From: Candidatus Yonathbacteria bacterium RIFCSPHIGHO2_02_FULL_44_14
GTDB taxonomy: Bacteria; Patescibacteriota; Minisyncoccia; Phycocordibacterales; UBA1550
Assembly (NCBI GenBank): GCA_001823535.1
Contig: MHUT01000011.1
Span: forward strand, 9,864 to 73,863
DNA length: 64,000 bases
Direction of reading: 5' to 3'
This document shows, in pieces, positions 18,041 through 28,126 of this stretch (position 1 is the first letter of the stretch; each line of letters starts with the position of its first letter). A program made the translations under genes and the position numbers. The notes beneath the pieces are model-generated. The model worked only from the letters and a program-made list of their open reading frames with translations, had not been told where the DNA came from and made no database searches.

Positions 18041-20425
18041 ATGAAACTACGCACAAAAGCCACATTGTTTTTTGGAGCATTCCTTATCACTATCGCCCTC
18101 GGCATCACACTTTACGCTGAATATGTTGTTGGAAACGTTTTCAAAAAACAGGCGACAAGCAACCTCCGCATCGTTGCCGAACAAAGCGAAAGTGCTTATC
18201 TTGCTTTTTTGGGGAGCATGAAGGTGCGAGTTCTCGATTGGACATCGGACGATATGGTTCGAAAAATAACAAAAGGGGTGCTTGCCACTTCAGAGGGATC
18301 TCCTGACCGAACGCGGCTCGCAAAAGAATTCACCACATATTTGAACGAAAAAAAGATGCCTTTTGACAAGACTATCTTCCTCGCCGACCTTCTTGACAAA
18401 AACGGTATCATTATCGCCTCGACACATCCAGAACGTATCGGGAAGGACGAACGAAACGAGGAGGCTGAACATCGCAAGGTGCATGATTTTGACCGAACGA
18501 TTAATTCAAAGTTTGGAGAGGTGTTTTTCGGCACTATCATATTAAACGGGAAAGATGGCAACACAGATCCAACGCTCAATGTGACCGCGCGACTCTTTGA
18601 CATAGACCAGAGCGGAGAGATAAAACCTCTCGACGCAATTCTCCTTGTTTATTTTTCTAATGTGGTAGAAATTGCCGACATTCTCGGCTCTGGTGCAAGC
18701 ATTTATGCCGGATTACCTTCAACAACGGGGAGATTAACAAACGCCGCGCTCATAGAAAGTTACCGTACATCAGAACTTTATCTCGTCAACAATGAGCAAT
18801 TCATGGTTACCCCATCGCGTACAATAAAAGATGTAAGTGTGAAGCAAAAAGTTGACACGCTCCCCGTACACGAGTGTTTGGAAAACGGAAAAGAGATAAA
18901 TGGAGAGTACGATAACTATCAAGGGGTTCGCGTATTGGGCGCCTCAATGTGTTTTCAAAGAGAGGGTGTTACACTCTTGGTAGAAATTCAAAAGGAAGAA
19001 ATTTTTGCGCCATTAAGAGCGCTTGTGCAATCTACGGTAGTTGTTACGGTAATAGCTTTTGCTCTTGGTTTTCTGATCATCGATATTTTCATTCGGCGGC
19101 ATATTGCGCGCATCAGTGACGTTGTTTCAATTGCGAAGCAGGTGTCAAAAGGTAAGTTTAATCTTTCTATGAAGGTGCATACAGAGGACGAGCTGGGTTA
19201 CCTTGCCTCAGTGTTCAATGTAATGATACATTCTGTTTATGAAAATCAAAAATATCTTCAGGATTCAAAACACAAAGCTGAGGAAGAAAGAGCAAAAGAT
19301 GATGCTCTCTTAGCAAGTCTAGGTGAAGGAATGATTGCTACGGATAAATCCGGGAACATCATCGCAATAAACCACATCGCAGAGACACTTCTTGGACTTA
19401 AAGCCACTGCTGCTATCGGGAAAAAAGCTTCTGACATATGCGAAGCATTAGATGAAAACGGCAAAGAAATCCATGAGGAACAGCGAACATTCGCTGTGAC
19501 GACCACTGTTGGAGTCGCCACAATTTCTAAAATAATGCATTATCGCCGAAAAAACTATGGATACTTCCCTGTGGCAATCACAGTAACTCCCGTTATGCTT
19601 AAAGGCAAGGCTATAGGCTCCATTGAAATATTCCGCGACATCACCAAGGAAAAAGAAATTGAAAAAACGCGTGGAGACCTCCTATCTCTCGCTTCGCATC
19701 AGCTGCGCACACCGCTTTCTGGCACCAAGTGGCTCATTGAAACACTGAAAAGAGGATTGCATGGACCACTCACCGCAGGTCAAACAGAATACCTCGATGA
19801 GATCTACAAAATCAACGAACGAATGACAGGACTCGTGCATGACATGCTTGACGTACTTCGCATGGAAAGTGACGGCGGGCAAGCAAAAAAGGAAAATGTT
19901 TCAATAAAAGATCTGCTTGCCACGGTTTTTGAAACACTCCACGGTGTGGCTGAAAGTAAAAAAATTATCATCCGACTACCTGACGATGGGGACTATGTGG
20001 TGAACACCGACCGTATACTTTTACAAAATATCCTTGAAAGTCTGCTGACGAACGCAATCAATTATTCTAAACCTGGTCGCGAGGTCGCGATCAGTATCGA
20101 ACAAAGATTGCGGGCGAATCGCGTAGCGCAAGACTCAGACTCCAGGAGTGAATCCCCTGATGAAATTATATTCGCAGTAAAGGATTCCGGCATAGGGATT
20201 CCGCGCGACGAGCAACGACAAATTTTTGAACGATTTTATCGCGCTTCAAATGCAAAGACCTTCGATACTCGTGGGAGTGGTCTTGGACTCTATATTGCAG
20301 CGATGCTCGCAAAAAAAATAGGGGCGCATCTTTCGTTTGAATCCAAAGAAGGCGTGGGCTCGACCTTTTATGTTCATCTTCCACTTGGGCCAGACGCCTT
20401 GCCTCAAAACACGACTAGTGTATAA
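18041..20425 (+). CDS. Membrane sensor histidine kinase (extracellular domain, HAMP, PAS, HisKA, HATPase)
   Basis: 2 TM, DELGYLA, ASHQLRTPL, NAINYS, DSGIGIP, GSGLGL. Confidence 0.92.
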   Translation: MKLRTKATLFFGAFLITIALGITLYAEYVVGNVFKKQATSNLRIVAEQSESAYLAFLGSMKVRVLDWTSDDMVRKITKGVLATSEGSPDRTRLAKEFTTYLNEKKMPFDKTIFLADLLDKNGIIIASTHPERIGKDERNEEAEHRKVHDFDRTINSKFGEVFFGTIILNGKDGNTDPTLNVTARLFDIDQSGEIKPLDAILLVYFSNVVEIADILGSGASIYAGLPSTTGRLTNAALIESYRTSELYLVNNEQFMVTPSRTIKDVSVKQKVDTLPVHECLENGKEINGEYDNYQGVRVLGASMCFQREGVTLLVEIQKEEIFAPLRALVQSTVVVTVIAFALGFLIIDIFIRRHIARISDVVSIAKQVSKGKFNLSMKVHTEDELGYLASVFNVMIHSVYENQKYLQDSKHKAEEERAKDDALLASLGEGMIATDKSGNIIAINHIAETLLGLKATAAIGKKASDICEALDENGKEIHEEQRTFAVTTTVGVATISKIMHYRRKNYGYFPVAITVTPVMLKGKAIGSIEIFRDITKEKEIEKTRGDLLSLASHQLRTPLSGTKWLIETLKRGLHGPLTAGQTEYLDEIYKINERMTGLVHDMLDVLRMESDGGQAKKENVSIKDLLATVFETLHGVAESKKIIIRLPDDGDYVVNTDRILLQNILESLLTNAINYSKPGREVAISIEQRLRANRVAQDSDSRSESPDEIIFAVKDSGIGIPRDEQRQIFERFYRASNAKTFDTRGSGLGLYIAAMLAKKIGAHLSFESKEGVGSTFYVHLPLGPDALPQNTTSV

Positions 20426-20449
20426 TAAAAAGCATAATCTTATATATAT

Positions 20450-20842
20450 ATGAACCATGTATTAATTGTTGAAGACGAAGATTTCTTGGTACGAGCATTG
20501 AAAGACAACTTGGTTTCCGATGGCTACAGCGTTTCTGTTGCCATGGATGGCGAGGCGGCTTTCGATGAATTGAAGAAGAAAACACCGAGCCTTATTTTGC
20601 TTGATCTTTTGCTCCCAAAAAAGAACGGGTTTGATGTATTGAAAGAAATTCGCCAGAGTCCGGAGTGGCAACTTATCCCTGTGGTCATTCTCTCCAACCT
20701 CGGCGAAGACTCTGAAATCAAGCGTGCGCTCGAGCTCGGCGCAAACGATTATTTCGTGAAATCGCAACATCCAATCCAAGAGGTGATGGAAAAGGTGCGC
20801 GAGTATCTGCAAGGGAAAGGTTCAACAAAGGGAGGAATGTAG
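20450..20842 (+). CDS. Single-domain response regulator receiver
   Basis: LIVEDE, LLDLLLPKKNG, YFVK. Confidence 0.92.
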   Translation: MNHVLIVEDEDFLVRALKDNLVSDGYSVSVAMDGEAAFDELKKKTPSLILLDLLLPKKNGFDVLKEIRQSPEWQLIPVVILSNLGEDSEIKRALELGANDYFVKSQHPIQEVMEKVREYLQGKGSTKGGM

Positions 20843-20860
20843 AATGTTGAATTTGGAACC

Positions 20861-20905
20861 ATAAAGAAAGGGGGCATCGCCAAAGCCGATGCCCCCTTTC
20901 TTTAT
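20861..20905. terminator. Bidirectional terminator
   Basis: ataaagaaagggggcatcg...cgatgccccctttctttat between convergent genes. Confidence 0.75.
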
Positions 20906-20928
20906 TTCTAAATTTCTAACTACCTTCC

Positions 20929-21662
20929 CACTTGGAGGCAAAGCCTCCAAGTGAATTATATTTCCTCTGGGTCCTCGCGTCTCTTCAAAATATCATCGAG
21001 AGACAACAAGGCGAACTTTTTATATTCAGCGCTATTTCGAAATTGCCCTAGGATAATTCCCTTCTCACAAATACCATCTGCCATTTTACCTTTCTCCGTA
21101 TACTCTCCCCAGCTTGATCTACTCTCCACCAACTTGGAGGTTGAGCCTCCAAGTTGGTGGACGCGGTCATTTAAATTTACATATGCACTCACGTGGAGTA
21201 GGTATTCATTTGAATCTATGTGGACAGCCTTAAACCTTCCCTGAAAAAGGGAGCCATTTCTTTTTTCTTTTTCATTAAAATACATCGTGTAACCAGTAGA
21301 CAAACGATGCATAAATTTTTCTACCCCACGATCAGCAGTCTGCATAAGAAGAAAGTGGTAATGATTAGCGTTCAAACAATACGCAACAAAATCCACCAGC
21401 AGCACTTCCTCTTCCTCCAACTTGGAGGTTGAGCTTCCAAGTTGCTTGTTAAAAGAATTTTGATAGATACTCCCTATCGGGTCAAGCACGTTGAATTCGA
21501 CCATACTCTGGAAAAACCTGTCAATGTCCGCTTGGTCTGAAAAAATATTTCTCTTATCAACTCCTCTGTTATAAATATGATAATACTCGCCTTCAATAAA
21601 TGCTGTTTTCCTTTGTGACATGCCATTCATTGTAGCACTTGGAGGTTGAACCTCCAAGTGCT
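20929..21662. repeat. Four REP-like palindromes CTTGGAGG-N5-C(C/T)TCCAAG
   Basis: Copies at 20929-20953, 21125-21161, 21418-21444, 21634-21662. Confidence 0.9.
20956..21621 (-). mobile_element. REP-associated tyrosine transposase (RAYT, Y1/HUH family)
   Basis: YYHIYNRG, AYCLNANHYHFLL (HUH), GSLFQGRFKA, AYVNLN, SSWGEY; flanked by REP hairpins. Confidence 0.88.
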
Positions 21663-21720
21663 GGGTGTGCTTTTTTGTCTTGTAAACTGCTTGACTTACG
21701 GGGTATAATATTTAGGAAAT

Positions 21721-24552
21721 ATGCGCTCATTCCTCCGCAAACTAACTACAAAAACATTTACTATTATTTCTGCTATTTATTTTGTAGTGGTAGGGTTTTT
21801 ATTTTTTCAAAACGAAGTTAGCGCTGCTGTTTCTATCCGTAGCGCAGGAGCATATGTGAGTGGCATATCCAACCTAACACCAATTATCCCTGCCTCTGCT
21901 GCCACTGGTGATATTATGCTTCTGATATACGGCACAAAACCATACAATGACGCCCCAACTGTAACAGCAGGTTGGACAAGCATCGGCTTCGCAACAGATG
22001 GAACGATAGCTGCAGGAAATGATGTTGGCTCAATGCAAACGAGAATTTATTATAAAGAGCACATAGGATCAGAAACAAATCCGACTGTTACCAATACTAC
22101 TAATAGTGTTTCTGGGGCCGTAATCATCGCATTTCAAAAAGGCGCGAGTGAAGTGTGGGAAACTCCTGTTGGTGCAGGAGGTGGAGACGCAACTGCTGGA
22201 ACCGGATTTTCCGTTACAACTTCTGTTAACCCCGGGATCACAGCTGGGGATATGCTAGTTGGGTACGCGGCAATTCGCTCTGATGCTGGTACTCAATCAG
22301 CAATTGCTATTACCGCTACGGGTTTAACTGTCGGGGCATTTACAGAGTCCCCCTCTGCTGATTTAGCTACCAACTCAGGAGGTGACATGGCAATGTCTGG
22401 TGGCTACAGACTTGTAACAGCTGGTACAGCGTCAGACGCACCTGTTTATGCATCAACGCTCGCCACATCACATACCGGATCTGCATTTATAGTAAGATTG
22501 CGAGCAACAACGCCCCCCGCCGTCCCCACGGTCACCTCGCCCACCGCAACATCCATCGCCACAACAGGCGCAACGCTTGGCGCAAACGTTACGTCTCTCG
22601 GTGTGCCTGCATCCATCTCTGCGCGCGGAACTTGCTGGGGAGAATCATCAGCGCCAACAATAAACTGTACTCCTGCATCAGGTTTAACTACTGGTGTGTT
22701 CACACATGCTCGCACAGGAATGTCCCCTGGAACTTTTTACTACTACCGTGGCTATGCAACCAATTCTACTGGCACGGGATATTCAACTGATGGTACATTC
22801 ACAACGACCGCTTCCGCCTCTGGCTCCGTCTCTGCTTCCCCATCTTCGTGTACCATTTCATCGGGAGCAAGTACCTGTACTGTGCAGTTCACATGGGCCA
22901 TCAGCAATGCGACATCGCCAAATCTTTACAACTTCACTAGGTCAACAGAATATTCAGCGTTGGCCTCTGGCACTGGTGTCTCATACGCAATCACTAATGG
23001 AGTGAACACTGTGCAGGTGCGCGACAGTAGTACTGTGCTTGATTCAACAAGCGTAACAGCAAGTTGCGAGGCCGGCACTTCGTGGAGTGGTGGTGTTTGT
23101 ACGGCGATTGTAACTTACTACACTATCTTTGCATCATCAGGAGTAAATGGAACAGTTGAACCAACAGGCACATCTACCATTGCGCAGGGTGGCTCACAAA
23201 TTTACTCCATTACCCCTAACTCATTATATGAAGTCGCGACATTGTTAATAGACGGTGGTCCTGTTACAGCAACGACAACTTATACATTCACAAACGTAAC
23301 CGCAAACCACACAATCAGCGCAACATTCAGCCTTCTGCCAGTTACGCACACCATTACCTCAAGCGCTGGCTCAAATGGCACAATTGACCCACTCGGGGCG
23401 ATTGTGGTTCTAAATGGCGCTTCGCAAGCATTTAGCATCACCCCAGAGCCTGGCTTTTACACAGCATCGCTCCTTGTAGACGGTGGCAATGTCGCAACAA
23501 CAAGTCCTTATACATTCACAAACGTCACAACAAACCACACCATCACTGCGACATTTGCACAAATTCCAACACCTCCTGGCTCGTTCACTATCATCGCAAG
23601 CCAAAACCCAAATGGTACTGTAGCGCCAAGTGGCTCAACTACTGTGACAGAGAGCGCATCACAAACATACACCATCACCCCAAACTCTGGATATGATGTT
23701 GGGTCATTGATTATTGATAGTTTTACTGTTGCCACATCCACTTCATATACTTTTACAAATGTTACTGCCGACCACACTATAGAAGCGACTTTCACGGCGC
23801 TTCCCGAAACGCCAGTGATGGCAACAGTAAGGAGGCTCGCAAGTATCACATTTTCTGGAAAAGCCTTCCCGAGTGGGAAAATTTCAATTGTCCGAAAAGA
23901 GCTCGGTAATGAAATTGCAACAAAGGAACATGGCACGACAGACGAAAACGGATTCTTTAATATTAGATTCACAGACCTTCAAACTGGAGCGCACAGCTTT
24001 GGTCTCCTAATAAAAGACCCCGAGGGCAGAACTTCACAAACAAAATTCTTTCTCGTTGACGTAAGTAGAGGTGATGAAATATTTAAGGACATAATAGCTC
24101 CGCCAACTGTTGATATTTTAAACGGGCAAGTTTCGCGCGGAGGAAATCTAAAAGTTTTTGGTTATGCTTCTCCTGGCCATACCATTCGCATCTATTTAGA
24201 TGATATACTAGTCAAAGAGGCGCTTGCAGGGCGCGGAGGTGTGTACTCGTTTGATATACCCACAGGAGTATTTGATTTTGGACAACACAAAGTCAGAGCA
24301 AAACAAATAAACCTTGACGGTGGCGTCGCGAGTGATTTCTCAACAGGAAGAACATTCATTGTGTCCAAACTTGCTATAGTAAAGGCAGACCTCTCTGGCG
24401 ACGGAAAGATTGACATCAAAGACTGGAGCATCTTTCTCGCGCGCTGGGGCGCAAAGAATTCTCTGGGCAGGGCTGGCATCGACTTGAACGAGGACGGGAA
24501 AGTAGATATTGGAGATTTTAGTATATTTATCAAAACAATTAGAAAAAAATAA
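21721..24552 (+). CDS. Large secreted surface protein: beta-sandwich/FN3-like domains, 3 tandem ~75-aa repeats, C-terminal dockerin-like domain
   Basis: Signal peptide; NGTxxP...SQxxxITP...YTFTNVTxxHTIxATF x3; DLSGDGKIDIKD and DLNEDGKVDIGD. Confidence 0.8.
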   Translation: MRSFLRKLTTKTFTIISAIYFVVVGFLFFQNEVSAAVSIRSAGAYVSGISNLTPIIPASAATGDIMLLIYGTKPYNDAPTVTAGWTSIGFATDGTIAAGNDVGSMQTRIYYKEHIGSETNPTVTNTTNSVSGAVIIAFQKGASEVWETPVGAGGGDATAGTGFSVTTSVNPGITAGDMLVGYAAIRSDAGTQSAIAITATGLTVGAFTESPSADLATNSGGDMAMSGGYRLVTAGTASDAPVYASTLATSHTGSAFIVRLRATTPPAVPTVTSPTATSIATTGATLGANVTSLGVPASISARGTCWGESSAPTINCTPASGLTTGVFTHARTGMSPGTFYYYRGYATNSTGTGYSTDGTFTTTASASGSVSASPSSCTISSGASTCTVQFTWAISNATSPNLYNFTRSTEYSALASGTGVSYAITNGVNTVQVRDSSTVLDSTSVTASCEAGTSWSGGVCTAIVTYYTIFASSGVNGTVEPTGTSTIAQGGSQIYSITPNSLYEVATLLIDGGPVTATTTYTFTNVTANHTISATFSLLPVTHTITSSAGSNGTIDPLGAIVVLNGASQAFSITPEPGFYTASLLVDGGNVATTSPYTFTNVTTNHTITATFAQIPTPPGSFTIIASQNPNGTVAPSGSTTVTESASQTYTITPNSGYDVGSLIIDSFTVATSTSYTFTNVTADHTIEATFTALPETPVMATVRRLASITFSGKAFPSGKISIVRKELGNEIATKEHGTTDENGFFNIRFTDLQTGAHSFGLLIKDPEGRTSQTKFFLVDVSRGDEIFKDIIAPPTVDILNGQVSRGGNLKVFGYASPGHTIRIYLDDILVKEALAGRGGVYSFDIPTGVFDFGQHKVRAKQINLDGGVASDFSTGRTFIVSKLAIVKADLSGDGKIDIKDWSIFLARWGAKNSLGRAGIDLNEDGKVDIGDFSIFIKTIRKK

Positions 24553-24553
24553 T

Positions 24554-26227
24554 ATGGCGCGGAGCATTAAAATTAGTTTCATTTTCGGGCTTGTAGCGTT
24601 TTTTGCAAACACAGCAGATGCCGCTTCCCTTTTCTTTACGCCCGGAACCGGCGAGTATGGCATTGGAAAAGAAATCGCCGTCGATCTTAAAATAGATAGC
24701 AGTGACACGGGTATCAATGCGGGGCAAGCGACTATACGCTACCCCAAGGATATTTTGGAAGTGAAGTCTATCGACAAAACAGACTCAGCTTTCAACTTCT
24801 GGCTTGAGGAACCGGCTTTTTCCAACGCAGACGGCGCAATCACGTTTTTAGGGGGTACCCCGTATGGTATTTCCGGCGCGTCTATTCAGGTTCTTCATAT
24901 TATTTTTATTACTAAGACCGCCGGCACGGGAACGCTTTCTTTTGCAGATGCGGCAGTGACAGCATCGGACGCTAGTGGTACAAACGTTTTGTCCAAAACA
25001 GAGGAAGCGGCATTTACCGTTTCTCTTGCCACACTTCCGCCTATCATTACTCCGCCGACACAGATCAAGAGAGAGCCCGTAGCGCCAAGCGGACTTCCAA
25101 TAAAGCCCATACTCAATGTTCCGCTCTACACGGACAGTGCAGAGTGGTACAACCACTCAAACATCTTTAACGCATCATGGGCTCTCCCGCGCGATATTTC
25201 CGATGTTGTCACAGCGCTCAACAAGCAACCGAGCTACACACCCGCAGAAAGCGAAGGGCTCTTTGACAACAAGATGTTTCAAGCACTCTCCGACGGAGTA
25301 TGGTATCTCCACGTGCGGTTCAACAACGACATCGGATGGGGCACAACGAGCCATTATCGTATTGCCGTCGACACAAAACCACCGCTTCCGTTTGAGGTTA
25401 CCTCAACAGAAAGCGAAGTGAGCGACAACCCAAATCCAATATTTAAATTTAAAGCGAGTGATGCGCTCTCGGGTCTTCGTGAATATCGCGTGCGAGCCGG
25501 TACCGAGAATTGGATTGTAATTCCTGCAAAAGATTTCAAGGGCTTATTCGCGCTCCCCATCGAAAACCCCGGCAAATACCATGTCACCGTCCAAGCAGTG
25601 GACAATGCGGGGAACAGCATCGAGAGCGGTATCGACCATGAGACACTCGCGATTGCATCGCCCACATTCACCTTCGTGACCGAAAAACTCTTTTCAGAAG
25701 AAGCGCAGGGGCTCTCCTTGAAAGGCACGGCACTCCCTTCTACAGAAATACTTCTCGCGCTCAAAAGCGGGAGCACTGTCATTGCGTCGAGCACTCTTCC
25801 GGTAAACGCGCAAGGAAACTGGGAATTCACTTTTAGCGACCCGCTTCGCAACGGAAGCTATATAGCAAGCATCCAAAACAGAGACGCTCGCGGAGCGCGC
25901 AGTCTCGTGGTTAATTCTCCGACAATACAGGTCACTGGCAAATACACAAATATCATCCTTGTCACGCTCATTGCGCTCGTTGGCGCGCTCGCTTTGGGAA
26001 CATGGTATTACAAAAAACGCAACAAACAAATATCCCTCCGTGTCGGTGTCGCACAAAGTGATGCGTCGAAGGTATTCAAGATGATAGAAAATGATATAGA
26101 AAAATTAAACAGTGCGCGAAGCACCCCCACAACAGCCGACGACGAATTTCTCGCAAAGAAACTCTCGGAGAACGTAAAAAAGATGGGTGTCTATATTAAA
26201 GAAGAAATCGACCGCGCGGACGACTAA
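24554..26227 (+). CDS. Cohesin-like domain protein with Ig-like domains and C-terminal TM anchor
   Basis: Signal peptide, ASLFFTP...IAVDLKIDS...INAGQATIRYPKDILEV; TM IILVTLIALVGALALGTWYY. Confidence 0.7.
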   Translation: MARSIKISFIFGLVAFFANTADAASLFFTPGTGEYGIGKEIAVDLKIDSSDTGINAGQATIRYPKDILEVKSIDKTDSAFNFWLEEPAFSNADGAITFLGGTPYGISGASIQVLHIIFITKTAGTGTLSFADAAVTASDASGTNVLSKTEEAAFTVSLATLPPIITPPTQIKREPVAPSGLPIKPILNVPLYTDSAEWYNHSNIFNASWALPRDISDVVTALNKQPSYTPAESEGLFDNKMFQALSDGVWYLHVRFNNDIGWGTTSHYRIAVDTKPPLPFEVTSTESEVSDNPNPIFKFKASDALSGLREYRVRAGTENWIVIPAKDFKGLFALPIENPGKYHVTVQAVDNAGNSIESGIDHETLAIASPTFTFVTEKLFSEEAQGLSLKGTALPSTEILLALKSGSTVIASSTLPVNAQGNWEFTFSDPLRNGSYIASIQNRDARGARSLVVNSPTIQVTGKYTNIILVTLIALVGALALGTWYYKKRNKQISLRVGVAQSDASKVFKMIENDIEKLNSARSTPTTADDEFLAKKLSENVKKMGVYIKEEIDRADD

Positions 26228-26264
26228 GGCGAACATGTCGCACAATTAACATGGAACGAAATAC

Positions 26265-26298
26265 AGAAAGCGCCGATTGCCTTCGGCAATCGGCGTTC
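26265..26298. terminator. Terminator hairpin between convergent genes
   Basis: gcgccgattgcc-ttc-ggcaatcggcgt. Confidence 0.65.
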
Positions 26299-26322
26299 CT
26301 GTCAGTTGTCAATGGTCAAATG

Positions 26323-26736
26323 TTAAATGTTTTTCCCTTTGCAGGACACACATCTACAGCCGTATGGCTTTATATATTCATCTGTATATTCCTCGCCATA
26401 ATCATAGTTGAGCTCCTCCCCTGCTTCAATGCGCTTGACCGCCTTCACAAACACACGACCTCCGATGATGTCAACTTCACAATTTGGTTTGCAAGAATGG
26501 TTTATATACCGCGCAGTGTTGGAGCGAGCGCTTCCATCGATCATCCTCGTTGCACTTGTTTCAAATAGATATTTATTCTCTGGGTAATCCTCGACTTCTT
26601 TTTTGCCGCTTATAATCTTTCCCACATATTCAATAATCCAGGTACCTCGTTTGATTGGTTCTGCGGCAAAAAGCCCGAGTCCCGCACTCGACTTCTTTAC
26701 TTTATATTTTACATCTCCGATTTTTGGAATTGGCAT
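26323..26736 (-). CDS. SET-domain protein-lysine methyltransferase with post-SET Cys motif
   Basis: GLGLFA, IIEYVG, ARYINHSCKPN, EELNYDY, CRCVSC; start at ATG 26736. Confidence 0.9.
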   Translation of the reverse strand: MPIPKIGDVKYKVKKSSAGLGLFAAEPIKRGTWIIEYVGKIISGKKEVEDYPENKYLFETSATRMIDGSARSNTARYINHSCKPNCEVDIIGGRVFVKAVKRIEAGEELNYDYGEEYTDEYIKPYGCRCVSCKGKNI

Positions 26737-26785
26737 AATTAAACTGCAGTGTACCAAAAGTCCAAAGTGAAGTAAACTACAAGAA

Positions 26786-28054
26786 ATGGAAACCAAAAAA
26801 ACAAAAAATGAGATCAGTTGCGATGTTGTTGTTGTTGGTGGCGGACCAGCAGGAATGATGGCGGCGATACATGCGGCAAAAACAGGCGTATCTGTCATTC
26901 TCATTGAAAAAAACAAAATGCTTGGGAAAAAACTGCTTATTACGGGGGGTGGGCGATGCAACATCACCAACGCGACGTTCGACAACCGCGTGCTTGCGCA
27001 AAAATACGGAAAGAAAGGCAAGTTCCTCCTCTCCCCATTTTCAAAATGGGGCGCGAAAGAAACGATTGATTTTTTTGAATCCCATGGAATACCTACCAAG
27101 GTCGAAGCCGAAAATCGCGTATTTCCCCAAAGTAACTCCGCACAAAGCGTGCTGGATGTTCTGGTAAGCGAGCTCAAAAACTCTGGGGTGAAAGTTCTTG
27201 CCGGCTCCCCTGTCGTCAAAATAAAATTATCAAAAAATATGCTATTGGATGTAGAGACCGAGGACACAGTTATTGCCGCAAAAGCATTTGTTCTCACCAC
27301 AGGTGGCACCGCACGACCTGAAACAGGTTCGTCGGGGGACGGATTCAAGTGGCTCAAAAAATTTGGACATACTATTGGCACACCAAGTGTCGCTCTCGTA
27401 CCAATCAAAACAAAAGAGGGGTGGTCGCACAAACTCCAAGGCTTGTCGCTCCAAAATGTGAAAGTTACGCTCATTGACGCAAAGGTGCGCTCAAATGCCA
27501 TGGTTGGCAAAATCCTTTTTACTCACTTTGGGCTTTCTGGCCCACTCATTCTCAACATGAGCCAATCTATCGGCGAGGCACTCCGCGAGGGTACGGCGAC
27601 CCTTGAGCTCGACCTCTTCCCCAGCCTAGACCAAACGATGCTCGACGAAAAACTTCGCGAACATCTCACAAAAGCCCAAAATAAAAAATGGGCAAACGCC
27701 CTCGCTGGGTTTGTGTCGCCCCTTCTTGCTCCGGTGCTTGTAGAACTTTCGGGCATTAACCCAACGCTACCAGTCAACAAAGTGGAACGTACTGCCCGCC
27801 TCGCTTTTGTAAGAAAACTCAAGGCGCTTATTCTTACACCAATAGGGTTGCTCTCAAAAGAAAAGGCTATCGCCTCATCTGGTGGCGTCGCACTCGAAGA
27901 AGTTGATTTCAAAACAATGCGCTCACAAAAAATAGGAAATCTTTATCTGGCAGGCGATATTCTCGACTTCAACCGCCCGTCAGGTGGTTTTAGTCTCCAA
28001 ATATGCTGGTCGACAGGATTTGTTGCAGGCAAAAATGCGAGAGGCACAGAATAA
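26786..28054 (+). CDS. HI0933/BaiN/YhiN-family flavoprotein
   Basis: GGGPAG, GKKLLITGGGRCNITN, LFTHFGLSGP, GGFSLQICWSTG. Confidence 0.92.
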   Translation: METKKTKNEISCDVVVVGGGPAGMMAAIHAAKTGVSVILIEKNKMLGKKLLITGGGRCNITNATFDNRVLAQKYGKKGKFLLSPFSKWGAKETIDFFESHGIPTKVEAENRVFPQSNSAQSVLDVLVSELKNSGVKVLAGSPVVKIKLSKNMLLDVETEDTVIAAKAFVLTTGGTARPETGSSGDGFKWLKKFGHTIGTPSVALVPIKTKEGWSHKLQGLSLQNVKVTLIDAKVRSNAMVGKILFTHFGLSGPLILNMSQSIGEALREGTATLELDLFPSLDQTMLDEKLREHLTKAQNKKWANALAGFVSPLLAPVLVELSGINPTLPVNKVERTARLAFVRKLKALILTPIGLLSKEKAIASSGGVALEEVDFKTMRSQKIGNLYLAGDILDFNRPSGGFSLQICWSTGFVAGKNARGTE

Positions 28055-28126
28055 TAGGCAATCTGCACTGGCTATTTTCCCAGCTTGAATGTAAAATACA
28101 GGATAATACGTTCACAATCAAAAATC

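Noticed and set aside
20100-20160. About 14-aa insertion in the HATPase domain of the first kinase as another in-frame repeat
   Set aside because: Longer than in the paralogue, but I could not match it to any repeat family in the window
26737-27510. 258-aa N-terminal extension of the SET ORF
   Set aside because: Antisense shadow of the HI0933 flavoprotein; the real start is ATG 26736
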